64,000 bases of DNA from Bdellovibrionales bacterium (GTDB taxonomy: Bacteria > Bdellovibrionota > Bdellovibrionia > Bdellovibrionales > UBA1609): contig JACOND010000001.1 in the NCBI GenBank assembly GCA_014323935.1, positions 30,348 through 94,347 on the forward strand, read 5' to 3'. A model generated the notes under the pieces. It was not told where the DNA came from, made no database searches, and worked only from the letters and a program-made list of their open reading frames with translations. The position numbers and the translations under genes are program-made. Below are positions 1 through 10,147 of the stretch, one piece after another (positions within the stretch are counted from its first letter, which is position 1; each line of letters opens with the position of its first letter).

Positions 1-1977
1 AGCACTAATACTATCAACTGTTCTAGTTCTAGTTCACCAGAATGTAGAGCTAGTCAGACTCAATTTCGTTTAACAGGTATTTATCCTGAGTATTGTGATA
101 ATTCCTACTTTACTTGTATAAGCCATGATTTATGGAAAAGAGGAGTAGAAAGTGGTGATCAAAACTTATGTCGTCAATCGAATGTTTCTATCACTCCTAT
201 TAGAGAACTGCCTCTTATAGCCCCTTTTTTACCAGAAGCTCGCATCGCTGAGAGAGCTGTAGATCTTTTAAGAGATGAAGTTGGTCAATCTTGTCCTTTA
301 GAAGGAGGTTTAAATTGGCTTATGACACAATTATTTTTAACACATTTTCGATTAGATCAAAAAGATCGAAAAGGCATGTTAAAAGAACTTTATAACAAAA
401 CTTTAAAAGAAGGAAAAGACCTAGATAACAAGGATATTTTTGAAGGAGCTAAAAAAGTTTTCATAGGAAATCTTACAAAAGTAAATTTTCATAATTTAAA
501 AGATCTTGCTGATTACAGTTTAGAAGAATTTCAAGCTTTCAAAGAAAAAGAATTCGAAGAGATTTTTAAAAGATTAGATGTTCAGCCTATCTTACTTTAT
601 GCAAATGTAGATGCTATAAGTGAAAGTGATTCTACTAGATGTACTGTCGAGTCCGTTCCTCATTTGGAAACCTTGTCATCTGATACTCGACAAACTCTTC
701 TAGATTTTATAAATACCCGTTTTTCAAGACCTCCTCATGGATTATTAAATTATTTAAGAAAAGAGAATATTTTAAATTTGTTTGAACTGAATCGTACCTT
801 TAAAGAAGAAAATGAGGACTTTCTAGCAACATTAACAGCTTCTTTTTTTAAGGAAAGAGAAGAAATTCTATACTATGGCTTAAGGTCAGAATTTGATTAT
901 AAAGATCAAATCTTTTCTTTGAATCTAGGTTCAGGAATTAAATTTAAAGCAAGTTCTTTTGCAAAAGCCTTTGGAGCTTCTTTTGGCCCTCAACCCGAAC
1001 AACATGATCCTTTTATTCCAACTAACAATGATAAAGCTCCCACTAAATTTGTTACTGATCGAAGCTTTTTAACTTATGTTCATCAACCTAATTTTTCTCG
1101 GTGGCCAGGGGATCCTTGGGGATTAGTAGACCTTCAATTACATGATCCTGATAGTCAGTTCATTTTTTTAAACAAGCAAAAAGATTACAAAGATACACAG
1201 CAAGTCTATAAAATGGAAGACTATTTTCATATCATCTTTTTTAACAGTCCAGATGATCCTTTAGCTCGTAATTTACCCCTTAATGAAGGTCATGATCCCT
1301 TTAGATTCACTCGATTAATGGAATGGTTAGCAATCTATCCCAATATGTACGATATCAGTTATTATTCTATCTTAGCGAACTACCATCAAACCTACTTTCC
1401 TAAAATCTGTAATTTATTAACAGGATCTGACTGTGAGGCTGAAAAAAGTAGCTCTTTCTCATTGGGAGACAATGTGTTTTATGTCAGAGGAGATTTTGGT
1501 TGGTCCGACAGTGAAAAATATATAAACGAGAATTCTAGATTAAAAGAGATTGAACTTTCTATTGCTCCTTTTTTTTTAATAGACAACCTTAGACCTAACA
1601 TAAATTTAGCTCCCTCCTCTCCACTGGAACTAAAGGCTAGAATCTTTGGCACACATAGCTCAAGCAATTTAAACTCTGTAAGAAAGCAACCCCCTTTAAT
1701 TCGCACAAATGTTTTTAACCAACCTTGGTTTGCTAACCCCTTACCAGATTTTTTACTCAGTTCTTGGTTCAATCCTTCCCCTTTAAATTATACGAACTAT
1801 GACCATCAAATGAATAACTTTTTAACATGTCAGTTTAAAGCAGAAGAAGGTCAACGTGTTCCAAGTTCTTGCGTAGGAAGAGGACGAACCGGTTATTCTG
1901 TAAAACTTATTTCCTGCAACATGGTTCGAACTTTTAAATCTAAACCAGACACAATTAATGAATTTTGTCCTCCTTAA
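1..1977 (+). CDS. Large hypothetical protein; 5' end lies upstream of the window (658 codons visible)
   Basis: Frame +1 has no stop from base 1 to the TAA at 1975-1977. The 551-aa ORF-track entry (Met at 322) is therefore only part of a longer CDS. The visible N-part is Cys-containing (CSSSSSPEC, YCDNSYFTC). I recognise no family motif. Confidence 0.6.
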   Translation, partial: STNTINCSSSSSPECRASQTQFRLTGIYPEYCDNSYFTCISHDLWKRGVESGDQNLCRQSNVSITPIRELPLIAPFLPEARIAERAVDLLRDEVGQSCPLEGGLNWLMTQLFLTHFRLDQKDRKGMLKELYNKTLKEGKDLDNKDIFEGAKKVFIGNLTKVNFHNLKDLADYSLEEFQAFKEKEFEEIFKRLDVQPILLYANVDAISESDSTRCTVESVPHLETLSSDTRQTLLDFINTRFSRPPHGLLNYLRKENILNLFELNRTFKEENEDFLATLTASFFKEREEILYYGLRSEFDYKDQIFSLNLGSGIKFKASSFAKAFGASFGPQPEQHDPFIPTNNDKAPTKFVTDRSFLTYVHQPNFSRWPGDPWGLVDLQLHDPDSQFIFLNKQKDYKDTQQVYKMEDYFHIIFFNSPDDPLARNLPLNEGHDPFRFTRLMEWLAIYPNMYDISYYSILANYHQTYFPKICNLLTGSDCEAEKSSSFSLGDNVFYVRGDFGWSDSEKYINENSRLKEIELSIAPFFLIDNLRPNINLAPSSPLELKARIFGTHSSSNLNSVRKQPPLIRTNVFNQPWFANPLPDFLLSSWFNPSPLNYTNYDHQMNNFLTCQFKAEEGQRVPSSCVGRGRTGYSVKLISCNMVRTFKSKPDTINEFCPP

Positions 1978-2011
1978 TTTTTTAGAGCAAAAAGAAAAAA
2001 TAGATTCTTTT

Positions 2012-3019
2012 TTATTTAAGTTGTTTGTTTTTAATTTGATATTTAAAAACATTTTTTTTATGTTCTTTATAGGTTTTTGAAAAATGATGACTCTTATCAT
2101 TACGGCTGACAAAATAAAGAAAGTCAGACTTTGAAGGGAAAAAAACAGCTTTTAAACTCTCTCGTCCAGGATTTGCAATAGGACCAGGAGGAAGCCCTTC
2201 GATCACATAAGTGTTATAAGGAGATTGAAATAAAATATCTTTTTTTTTAATATCTTTTTCAATATCAAAACCTCTGACTAAATAAAGAGCATATAAAATA
2301 GTAGGATCAGTTTGTAGTTTCATATTTTTTTTTAACCTATTAAAAAATACACTAGAAATTAAAGCTCGCTCGTTTGCTAAGCCTGTCTCCTTTTCTATTA
2401 AACTTGCTAAAGTAACAACCTGATGATCTGTTAAGTCTATCTCTAAAGTCTGCTTAGCAATGTCCTGATAGGCCTTTGTAAAATTTTCAAACATAGAATG
2501 TATCAATTGATTAGCCGGAAGATATTTTTTTACATAATAAGAATCAGGAAACAAATAACCTTCTAAAGAAGGTCTTTCTTGCTTTAAAAATTTCTTTATT
2601 AATTTTTTATCCCAAACTCCCTTTAAAAAAAGATTACTTTCTACATAATTATGACTCCTTAAGAGTTCTACCATTTCATAATGATTAAATCCTTCAGGAA
2701 AAGAAACTTTAAAACTTCGTTCCTTTCCTTCTTTTAAAATTTTAAAAATTTCCCATAAATTCATAGAAGCAGAAAGTTCATATTCTCCTTTTTTGAGATG
2801 AGGACGTCCCATGAACCAAATGAGTATTTTTAAGTCCTGAACGGAACGAATCAGATTTTTTTCTTTTAAAATTTCAGCCATGTGATAAAAAGTTTGACCT
2901 TCAAAAACATCTATTAAAAGATTTGGAGATTCCTTTTTATTTAAGGGAACTGCTAATCGAAAGCTCAAAAACAAAAAGAAAGAAATAAAAAACGTCACAA
3001 AAGATATAAGGATTTTCAT
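2012..3019 (-). CDS. mltG: Endolytic murein transglycosylase MltG (YceG family)
   Basis: 335 aa with an N-terminal membrane anchor. It carries the YceG-type core LASLIEKETG...ERALISSVFFNRLKKNMKLQTDPTILYAL. The ATG at 3019-3017 overlaps the upstream stop as TAATG. Confidence 0.85.
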   Translation of the reverse strand: MKILISFVTFFISFFLFLSFRLAVPLNKKESPNLLIDVFEGQTFYHMAEILKEKNLIRSVQDLKILIWFMGRPHLKKGEYELSASMNLWEIFKILKEGKERSFKVSFPEGFNHYEMVELLRSHNYVESNLFLKGVWDKKLIKKFLKQERPSLEGYLFPDSYYVKKYLPANQLIHSMFENFTKAYQDIAKQTLEIDLTDHQVVTLASLIEKETGLANERALISSVFFNRLKKNMKLQTDPTILYALYLVRGFDIEKDIKKKDILFQSPYNTYVIEGLPPGPIANPGRESLKAVFFPSKSDFLYFVSRNDKSHHFSKTYKEHKKNVFKYQIKNKQLK

Positions 3020-4482
3020 TAAAACCCTTTTTCAGCCATGGGGATAACACAAGAATCAATAGCAAAAGCTCCTGCAGGTCGATCATTTCCTGACTTACCA
3101 ACACCTCCAAAAGGAAGATAAGAGCTAGCTCCCACACTCGCTAAATTATAATAGACAAGCCCTACCTTTGAACACTGAAACATCTCTTCTTTTACTTTTT
3201 TATCCTTAGAAAAAACAGATAAACTTAAACCAAATCCAGAGTGATTAATGAGTTCTACAGCTTCTTTTAACTGTCTTGTCTCATAAATAATAACTTGAGG
3301 AGTAAAAGTTTCTTGAGTTCCTATTAAGGAGTTTTTATCAAAAGCCATCTTATAAATTCCAGGACTCACATAATAACCTTTCTCTTTATAAAGCTGTTTT
3401 CCCTCAAGTAAAAATTGTCCTCCCGCTTTTTTAATTTGTTTTTGAAATTTAAAAAATCTTTGAAGGGATTTTTTGTCAATCAAACTTCCCATCCAAGGAT
3501 TTTGACTCCAATGATTCACTTTGAGTTGCTTAGCTTTTTCAAGAAAAAGCTTTATAAACTCAGAGGCTATTTTTTTATGTAAAATAATTTGAGAACAAGA
3601 AGAACATCTTTGTCCTGACGTCCAAAAACAAGCTTTTAAACACTCTTGAACAGCTAAATTTAAATCGGCATCGTCCCAAACCAAACTGCTGTTATAGCCT
3701 CCCATTTCTAAAGCCAAAAGCTTATTATAATCTTTGACAAGAGATTGTTTTATTTTATCTCCTGTTTCAAAGGAACCTGTAAAAAAAATAGCATCAATGA
3801 GATTTTGATTGCAGAGCTTCTTAGAAATTTTTCCTCCACCTTGAACAAGCTGATACAGTCCTGATTCTAAACCTATTTGATCAAAAGCCCCCGTCAGAGC
3901 TTGAGCTGAAGCCGGAGCTTTTTCAGAAGCTTTAAAAATAACAGCATTTCCGGCCAGTAAAGCAGGTAATATTTGCCCAAAGGGAAGATGCATCGGAAAG
4001 TTAAAAGGACCGATAACTAAACAAAGACCTCGACTTTTAAAGCGAATTTGTCCATAGGGAGGAAGACTTTGAGTTTTAATACGTTTTAAGGCTTCTTCTA
4101 ACGTAAAGTCTAGTTTTAGAAGTAAGGCTTTTACTTCTCCTTCACTTTCCCAAAGAGCCTTCCCGGTTTCTCTAGAAATTAATTCTCCCCAATTTTTGAT
4201 ATTTTTTTTTATAATGGGCTTCAGTTTTTTTAACTTTTTAACTCTCTCAGGAAAAGGGGTTTGACTCCATTTTCTTTGAGCTTTTTTTCCCGAAAAACAC
4301 AAAGAATTCAAATCCAAACAAGGATGTTCATCCCAGTAGAAAATAAGGTCCTCAAAATCTGCAGGACTTTTATGTTTTTGTTGAAGCCTTTTTTTATTAA
4401 CTTTTTGAAATTTTCCCTTTATATAGGAACCTAAAAAAGGAAGAGCTTTTTGTGTTTTTTTAACTTTACGAAATATCTTCAT
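3019..4482 (-). CDS. Aldehyde dehydrogenase family protein (AstD-like by context)
   Basis: 487 aa with ALDH hallmarks: the catalytic Glu context LALEMGG and the Cys context SGQRCSS. It lies directly downstream of an AstA-like gene on the same strand. The specific AstD role is inferred from context only. Confidence 0.75.
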   Translation of the reverse strand: MKIFRKVKKTQKALPFLGSYIKGKFQKVNKKRLQQKHKSPADFEDLIFYWDEHPCLDLNSLCFSGKKAQRKWSQTPFPERVKKLKKLKPIIKKNIKNWGELISRETGKALWESEGEVKALLLKLDFTLEEALKRIKTQSLPPYGQIRFKSRGLCLVIGPFNFPMHLPFGQILPALLAGNAVIFKASEKAPASAQALTGAFDQIGLESGLYQLVQGGGKISKKLCNQNLIDAIFFTGSFETGDKIKQSLVKDYNKLLALEMGGYNSSLVWDDADLNLAVQECLKACFWTSGQRCSSCSQIILHKKIASEFIKLFLEKAKQLKVNHWSQNPWMGSLIDKKSLQRFFKFQKQIKKAGGQFLLEGKQLYKEKGYYVSPGIYKMAFDKNSLIGTQETFTPQVIIYETRQLKEAVELINHSGFGLSLSVFSKDKKVKEEMFQCSKVGLVYYNLASVGASSYLPFGGVGKSGNDRPAGAFAIDSCVIPMAEKGF

Positions 4483-4517
4483 AGTTTTTTAATTTTTATC
4501 ATATCCTAATAATAACT

Positions 4518-5471
4518 CTAAGACATAGAAAGAGCTACAATTTCTTCCCCTTCTGTAAAAAAAGGGGTTTTCGTTATTTTTAAGAATTGTCCTTGTTTTT
4601 GAGCTTGAACTTTAGAACAAATAAAACCTTTTTTTGTTTTTTGTCCCATTAAAAAATAAAAACCTTGAATCTTATTTTCAAATTTCAAACGATATTTTTT
4701 TATTTTTCTTAAAAAAGTAAAGCCTTTATTTTCCAAATAAATAGCCCCATCTAAAAGATGATGTCGCCGACGGGGATAAAAGTTTTTTTTTAAAAGACCT
4801 TTATAAGCCGGAAGAGTTTTAGGATGAACAAGACTGAGGCAACTTTGAGCTGGGGGACTCAAAGAGGAAATAGACACTTTGAGGTTTTCAGGGAGATGCT
4901 TGATAAAAAAAGAATAGTTATCTCTATAAGTTCTAAGGGCTTGAGGGTAGTCTTGTTTTAAATACTTAGCTCCTGTTTCTAACCAAAAAGGTTGGTTTTT
5001 TTCTTGAAAAGGGCTTGTTAAACTGGCTTCAAAAAAATCAAAAAAATCTTTGGCATGGAGTTTGACATACAAAAAACGTCCAACCCCTATTTGAAAACCT
5101 AAGCTTTCAGGAGAAGCTCTATAAGCTTTCTCTAAAATCAATCCCCCTAACTGATGACGTTTTGTTTTAACTTGAGTCAGTTCTAAAAAAGAAGAATCTT
5201 TTTTCCACAAATAACAATGAGAATATTGTTGACCAGAAAAAGATAAAATTTGACTGGAACCTATGATTTTTTTTAATTTTAGATCTTCTAAAATAAAACA
5301 ATAGTTTCTCTTGAAAGCTGATATCTTTTTTAGAAAAGATTTTTGACTGATTTCTATTTTTTTCTTCAATAAAAGCTTGTTATTAGAAAGGTTATAAAGA
5401 GAAAAAGATCGACTGAGCTGTAAAAGAGAATCAAGGTCTTTGATTTGAACTTCTCGCATTAAGTATCTCAT
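4518..5471 (-). CDS. astA: Arginine N-succinyltransferase-like protein (AstA family)
   Basis: 317 aa, colinear with E. coli AstA as I recall it. Matching blocks are N-terminal REVQIKDLDSLLQL, FILED, a GG-containing block, and C-terminal HPKTLPAYKGLL...LLDGAIYLE. It ends in TAG at 4518-4520. Confidence 0.6.
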   Translation of the reverse strand: MRYLMREVQIKDLDSLLQLSRSFSLYNLSNNKLLLKKKIEISQKSFLKKISAFKRNYCFILEDLKLKKIIGSSQILSFSGQQYSHCYLWKKDSSFLELTQVKTKRHQLGGLILEKAYRASPESLGFQIGVGRFLYVKLHAKDFFDFFEASLTSPFQEKNQPFWLETGAKYLKQDYPQALRTYRDNYSFFIKHLPENLKVSISSLSPPAQSCLSLVHPKTLPAYKGLLKKNFYPRRRHHLLDGAIYLENKGFTFLRKIKKYRLKFENKIQGFYFLMGQKTKKGFICSKVQAQKQGQFLKITKTPFFTEGEEIVALSMS

Positions 5472-5533
5472 AAACTAGATTCTTTCAATTGACTTAGGAC
5501 TGATAAATTTATTCCATTTGTTAAAAACAATCC

Positions 5534-5959
5534 TTAAAATTTTTTATTTTTCATCTGATCTAAAGCTTGATTGGCTAAAAGATCCGCTCCTTTATTTTTA
5601 TCCCTTGGAATCCATTTAAACTGAACCCGAGGAATTTGTTTTATAAATAGCTTACATTCGTCAAAGAGTTTTTTTATAGAAGCTGTTTTTACTTTATATT
5701 TATTTTGCATTTGATAGACTAAAAATTGACTGTCTGAAAACAAAGTCAGATCCTGTACTTGATGCTTAACAGATAATTCTAAAGCTCTAATAACAGCTTT
5801 GTATTCAGCAAAATTATTTGTATTGTTATCTTCGAGGTAAGCTGATTCTTCATAAATCAAATCTTGATTTATACCAAAAACTTGTAAACCTATGGAACAA
5901 GGACCTCGATTGCCTCGACAGGCCCCATCTGTATAAATAAGAATTTTTTTAGACCACAC
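5534..5959 (-). CDS. rnhA: Ribonuclease HI
   Basis: 141 aa with the RNase H fold motifs ILIYTDGACRGN, NNFAEYKAVIRALE, SDSQFLV and NKGADLLAN. The start codon is GTG. Confidence 0.85.
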   Translation of the reverse strand: MWSKKILIYTDGACRGNRGPCSIGLQVFGINQDLIYEESAYLEDNNTNNFAEYKAVIRALELSVKHQVQDLTLFSDSQFLVYQMQNKYKVKTASIKKLFDECKLFIKQIPRVQFKWIPRDKNKGADLLANQALDQMKNKKF

Positions 5960-6073
5960 AACTTAATTCTTTAAAAATAGCAAAAAAAGTTAAGACGGAC
6001 AAGTAAAAAAATAAGATATAAAATAATAACTAAAAAGTTGACCTTTGTTATTTTTTTTAGAGACTGTATAAAA

Positions 6074-8830
6074 ATGAAGGATTATAAACTTTTACTACCA
6101 AAAACTAACTTTCCTATGAAAGCTCATCTTTCAGAAAAAGAACCTCAAAGAGTTCAAGACTGGGAAAATCAAAAAATCTATCAAAAACTTTTAGATAAAA
6201 GAAAAGGAAAGCCTTTATTTTTCATGCCTGATGGTCCTCCTTATGCCAATGGAACTCTTCATATGGGACATGCTCTTAATAAAACTTTAAAAGATATTGT
6301 GATAAAATATAAAAATTTAAAAGGATTTCAAGCTCCTTTTATTCCCTCCTGGGACTGTCATGGGTTACCTATTGAATTAGAAGCTTTTAAGAAATTGAAA
6401 AAGGACAAAGATCACAAGTTAAAAGAAGAATGCCGTAAAACAGCTCTTTATTGGGTGAAAAAACAAGAAGAAAGTTTTAAAAGATTAGGTATCTTAGCAG
6501 ATTGGGATAAAAAACTCCTCACAATGGATTCTTTTTATTCCGCTCAGCAGGTGAGAGCTTTTGCAAAAATGGTTGAAAAAGGCTTGATTTTTTCTGGACG
6601 AAAACCTGTTTTTTGGTGTTTTAAATTACAAACCGCTTTAGCTTTTTCTGAAGCAGAATACCGTGAACATGAAAGCCCTTCCATCTATGTAAAATTTAAC
6701 TTATCAAAAGATTCCCTGCAAAAGCTTAATCTTTCTCAAAATGTATCTGCTGTTATATGGACAACAACTCCTTGGACTTTACCCGCTAATACAGCTATTT
6801 GTTTACATCCTGATTTAGAATATGGCTTATTTACAGTTTCTAAGGAATCTTACCTTTTAGCTCTAGCTTTAGCAGAATCTTTTTTTAAAGAAATAGGAAT
6901 TTCTGATTTTAAAAAAGAAAAAGTTTTTAAAGGAAAAGACTTAGAGAATTTAACAACGCAACATCCTTTTTTAGATTCTAAGTCAGTTATAGTCTTAGGA
7001 GAACACGTAGGACAAGAGACAGGAACAGGTTTAGTTCATACAGCTCCTGGACATGGTTTAGATGATTACAATGTAGGATTGAAATACAAATTACCTATGC
7101 CTTGTCCTGTTTCAGCAAGCGGGCATTTTACAAAGGAAGCTCCTGATTTTCTTCAAGGTCTTTTTATTTTAAAAGCAAATCAAAACATCATAGATAAACT
7201 TAAAGAATCAAGGCATTTACTCTCTGTAAAAAAGATAAACCATAGTTATCCGTACAACCCTCGTTCTAATACTCCTTTGATTTATCGCCTCACTCCACAG
7301 TGGTTTTTAGCACTAGATAAAAGTTTTGATTCCGATCTAAGTGGAAGCTCTTCAAAGGGAACTGTAAGACAAAAAGCCTTAAAAGCTTGTGAAGAAGAGA
7401 TTTCCTTTGTTCCTGATTGGGGAAAAGCTCGTTTAAAAGCTATGCTTCAAAACAGCCCAGATTGGTGTTTAAGTCGTCAAAGAACTTGGGGGGTTCCTAT
7501 AGTTGTATTTTACTGTAAATCTTGTTCTAAACCCCTTTTATCAGCTGAAATTATCAATAAGATAGCCAGTCAAATGGAAGAAACAGGAGAAGGAATTAAT
7601 TATTACTTTAATCAAGATGTCAGCTCACTTTTACCTCCTAAGACCTCCTGCTCTTCTTGTGGCAGTCAGAGCTTTAAAAAAGGAACAGATATTTTAGATG
7701 TGTGGTTTGATAGTGGAGTTCAGCATGAAGTCCTTTCTAAAAAAGAAGATGTCAAAATTCCTTTTGATTTATTTTTAGAAGGAAGCGATCAACACAGAGG
7801 ATGGTTTCAAACAAGTTTGCTATCTTCCATAGCTATCCATTCTAAAAGTCCTTTTAAAACTTTATTGACACATAGTTTTATAACGGATCAAAAAGGACAT
7901 AAAATGAGTAAAAGTAAAGGAAATGCCCCAAGCCTTGAAAATCTCATTCAACAAAAAGGATCTGAAATCATTCGTCTCTGGCTTGCAAGTGAAAATTTTG
8001 CTGTCGATATAAGACTTGGAGAACAAAACTTTAAAAGAGTAACAGAAAGTTATCGTCGCTATCGAAACAGCTTTCGATTTATTTTAGGAAATTTACATAA
8101 CTTTAATTTGAAAGAAAGTTTAGATTTTTCCGGTTTAAAACCAATTGATCAATGGCTTCTTATTCAACTGAGTGAACTGATTAAACAAGTTACACAAGAT
8201 TATGAAGACTATGCTTTTTACAGAGCCTATCAAAGATTCAATTATTTTTTTACAGTTACACTTTCTTCTTTTTATTTAAATGTCATAAAAGATCGTCTTT
8301 ATACTTTTCCTCAAAAAAGCCTACAAAGAAGGCAGGCTCAAACTGTTCTACATCAATTGTTAAATGATCTTATTGTTTTAATGGCTCCTATTACAAGTTT
8401 TTTATCAGAAGAAGTTTATTCTTACTTTGAAAAACTTGACAAAAAAGAAAGTGTTTTTTTAGAAGATTTTCCTAGCCCTCAAAATTTTGAAAAAGAAAAA
8501 GAAATCAAGGAGCTTTTTCTAAAACTTTTTCCTTTAAGAGAACATTTAAATAAAGAACTAGAAACCTTGAGAGAAAAAAAAGAGATTGGATCTAATTTAG
8601 AGGCTCAGGCAAATTTGACACTCAAGGAAGATTTTATTACAAAATCTTTGTCAAAAGAGGATCAACTGGAATTTTTTTCTGTTTCTCAAATAACAATTCA
8701 AGAAGGTCAAAAGACAAATTTAAAAGTACAAAAAGCAGAAGGTGAAAAATGTCTTCGTTGCTGGTTTATATCTCCTCAATTAAATGAAGAAAAAATCTGT
8801 CCTAAATGCGTTCAAATTTTAAAAACCTAA
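6074..8830 (+). CDS. ileS: Isoleucine--tRNA ligase
   Basis: It has the class I HIGH-type motif (PYANGTLHMGHALN), KMSKS, and a C-terminal Zn-finger CLRCW...CPKC. I prefer the ATG at 6074 (MKDYKLLLPKTNFPMKA) over the TTG at 6038 given in the ORF track. Confidence 0.95.
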   Translation: MKDYKLLLPKTNFPMKAHLSEKEPQRVQDWENQKIYQKLLDKRKGKPLFFMPDGPPYANGTLHMGHALNKTLKDIVIKYKNLKGFQAPFIPSWDCHGLPIELEAFKKLKKDKDHKLKEECRKTALYWVKKQEESFKRLGILADWDKKLLTMDSFYSAQQVRAFAKMVEKGLIFSGRKPVFWCFKLQTALAFSEAEYREHESPSIYVKFNLSKDSLQKLNLSQNVSAVIWTTTPWTLPANTAICLHPDLEYGLFTVSKESYLLALALAESFFKEIGISDFKKEKVFKGKDLENLTTQHPFLDSKSVIVLGEHVGQETGTGLVHTAPGHGLDDYNVGLKYKLPMPCPVSASGHFTKEAPDFLQGLFILKANQNIIDKLKESRHLLSVKKINHSYPYNPRSNTPLIYRLTPQWFLALDKSFDSDLSGSSSKGTVRQKALKACEEEISFVPDWGKARLKAMLQNSPDWCLSRQRTWGVPIVVFYCKSCSKPLLSAEIINKIASQMEETGEGINYYFNQDVSSLLPPKTSCSSCGSQSFKKGTDILDVWFDSGVQHEVLSKKEDVKIPFDLFLEGSDQHRGWFQTSLLSSIAIHSKSPFKTLLTHSFITDQKGHKMSKSKGNAPSLENLIQQKGSEIIRLWLASENFAVDIRLGEQNFKRVTESYRRYRNSFRFILGNLHNFNLKESLDFSGLKPIDQWLLIQLSELIKQVTQDYEDYAFYRAYQRFNYFFTVTLSSFYLNVIKDRLYTFPQKSLQRRQAQTVLHQLLNDLIVLMAPITSFLSEEVYSYFEKLDKKESVFLEDFPSPQNFEKEKEIKELFLKLFPLREHLNKELETLREKKEIGSNLEAQANLTLKEDFITKSLSKEDQLEFFSVSQITIQEGQKTNLKVQKAEGEKCLRCWFISPQLNEEKICPKCVQILKT

Positions 8831-8911
8831 GGCTTAAAATTTTTGATAAAAAATTAATTAAGAGACTAATAAACAGTTGTTTTTAAAAGTCATTAATTGT
8901 AAAAAGTATTT

Positions 8912-9409
8912 ATGTCAAATTCCTTTTTAAAGTATTTTTTTGTTACGATTACATCCTTTTGGATTTTATGTTTAGACCAAGCTTCTAAAATTTATGTTCA
9001 TACACAAATGACAAAAGAAGAACCTAAAGTTCTTATAGAAGGTTTTTTTAATATTTCTTATGTTACAAATTCCGGAGGAGTTTTTGGTTTATTTAATAAT
9101 GGACCTGAAGGGTTACGGATTTTTCTTTTTCTTTTAATTCCTCTTGCATGTTTTGTTTTTATTTTTCTTATGCTTAGAGATACGAAACATCCTTTTCATG
9201 TTATAGCTCTAAGTTTTATTTTAGGAGGGGCTTTAGGAAATTATTTCGATCGGTTGAGATTAGGTTATGTCGTTGATTTTTTAGATTTGTATATAGGAAC
9301 CTGGCATTGGCCGACCTTTAACTTTGCGGATTCTTTTATTGTCATTGGGGTCAGTATTCTATCTTTTTTTTATATTCAAGAATATAGAATTAAAAAGAAC
9401 TCAAAATAA
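8912..9409 (+). CDS. lspA: Lipoprotein signal peptidase (signal peptidase II)
   Basis: 165 aa, multi-TM, with conserved NSGGVFG and FNFADSFIVIG blocks. It is in the canonical ileS-lspA arrangement. Confidence 0.9.
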   Translation: MSNSFLKYFFVTITSFWILCLDQASKIYVHTQMTKEEPKVLIEGFFNISYVTNSGGVFGLFNNGPEGLRIFLFLLIPLACFVFIFLMLRDTKHPFHVIALSFILGGALGNYFDRLRLGYVVDFLDLYIGTWHWPTFNFADSFIVIGVSILSFFYIQEYRIKKNSK

Positions 9410-9419
9410 ATATTAGCTG

Positions 9420-10136
9420 ATGAGGTTAAACAAATTTTTAGCAAAATGGGGATATGTCTCTCGCCGTAAGGCTGAAGATCTGATTCAAAGTGGGAAAGTT
9501 TTTATTAATGGGAAAAAGATTCTTGATGCCCATCAAGACGTAGAGCCTCAAAAAGATAGAGTCCGAATTCAAAAAAAATACATTGAAGCTAAAAATCAAA
9601 AACTTGTTTATCTTATGTTTCATAAACCTAGCAAAATGCTCAGCACAAGCTCTGATCCTAAAGGTCGACTTACGGTTATGGATTGCATTCCCTATAATAA
9701 AGAAAGACTTTTTTTAGTCGGTCGTTTAGACTGGGATTCAGAGGGACTCTTACTTATCACTAATGATGGAGATTTTTCCAATCGAATTTTAAAACCTAAA
9801 AATTATATTCCTAAAACTTATTGTATAAAAGTAAAGGGAACACCTACAATTTCTGATTTGAAAAAAATTACAAAAGGAGTCAGTACTCCCGTTGGAAAAA
9901 GAAAAGCTTTATTTGCAAAATACAATCGAAGAGGAGAAATTAAAGTCATTTTAAAAGAAGGAAAAAACAGACAAATTCGTTTTATGTTTGAAAAAATAGG
10001 ATTTCCTGTGAAAAAACTAAAAAGAGTTGCAATTGGACGGTTAAAACTAAATCGTTTACCTAAAAGACGTTTTACCTCTTTAAGGGAACAAGACTTAAAA
10101 AAGATTTTCTTGCTTCCAAAAGAGCTAAAAAAATAA
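9420..10136 (+). CDS. rluB: Pseudouridine synthase, RsuA/RluB family, with N-terminal S4 domain
   Basis: 238 aa with an S4-like N-terminus (MRLNKFLAKWGYVSRRKAEDLI). The catalytic block is GRLDWDSEGLLLITNDG. Confidence 0.7.
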   Translation: MRLNKFLAKWGYVSRRKAEDLIQSGKVFINGKKILDAHQDVEPQKDRVRIQKKYIEAKNQKLVYLMFHKPSKMLSTSSDPKGRLTVMDCIPYNKERLFLVGRLDWDSEGLLLITNDGDFSNRILKPKNYIPKTYCIKVKGTPTISDLKKITKGVSTPVGKRKALFAKYNRRGEIKVILKEGKNRQIRFMFEKIGFPVKKLKRVAIGRLKLNRLPKRRFTSLREQDLKKIFLLPKELKK

Positions 10137-10147
10137 TTTTTTAAAGT

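Noticed and set aside
1921-1932. GGTTCGAAC, resembling a tRNA T-arm
   Set aside because: It is inside a long open reading frame. I could not fold acceptor, D or anticodon arms from the flanking sequence. No other tRNA-like or rRNA-like GC-rich island is visible in the window.
1479-3137. ORFs 1479-1772 (-), 1822-2112 (-) and 2937-3137 (-)
   Set aside because: They are nested in, or antisense to, the large 1-1977 CDS, mltG and the ALDH gene. They have no independent support.
6038-6073. Upstream alternative (TTG/GTG) starts proposed by the ORF track for ileS, gatC, greA, cysS, hpt, tsaB, pyrH and ANK paralogue 1
   Set aside because: In each case an internal ATG aligns better with the conserved N-terminus of the family. 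Alternatively it forms a stop/start overlap with the upstream gene, or matches the paralogue. The extensions add non-conserved residues.
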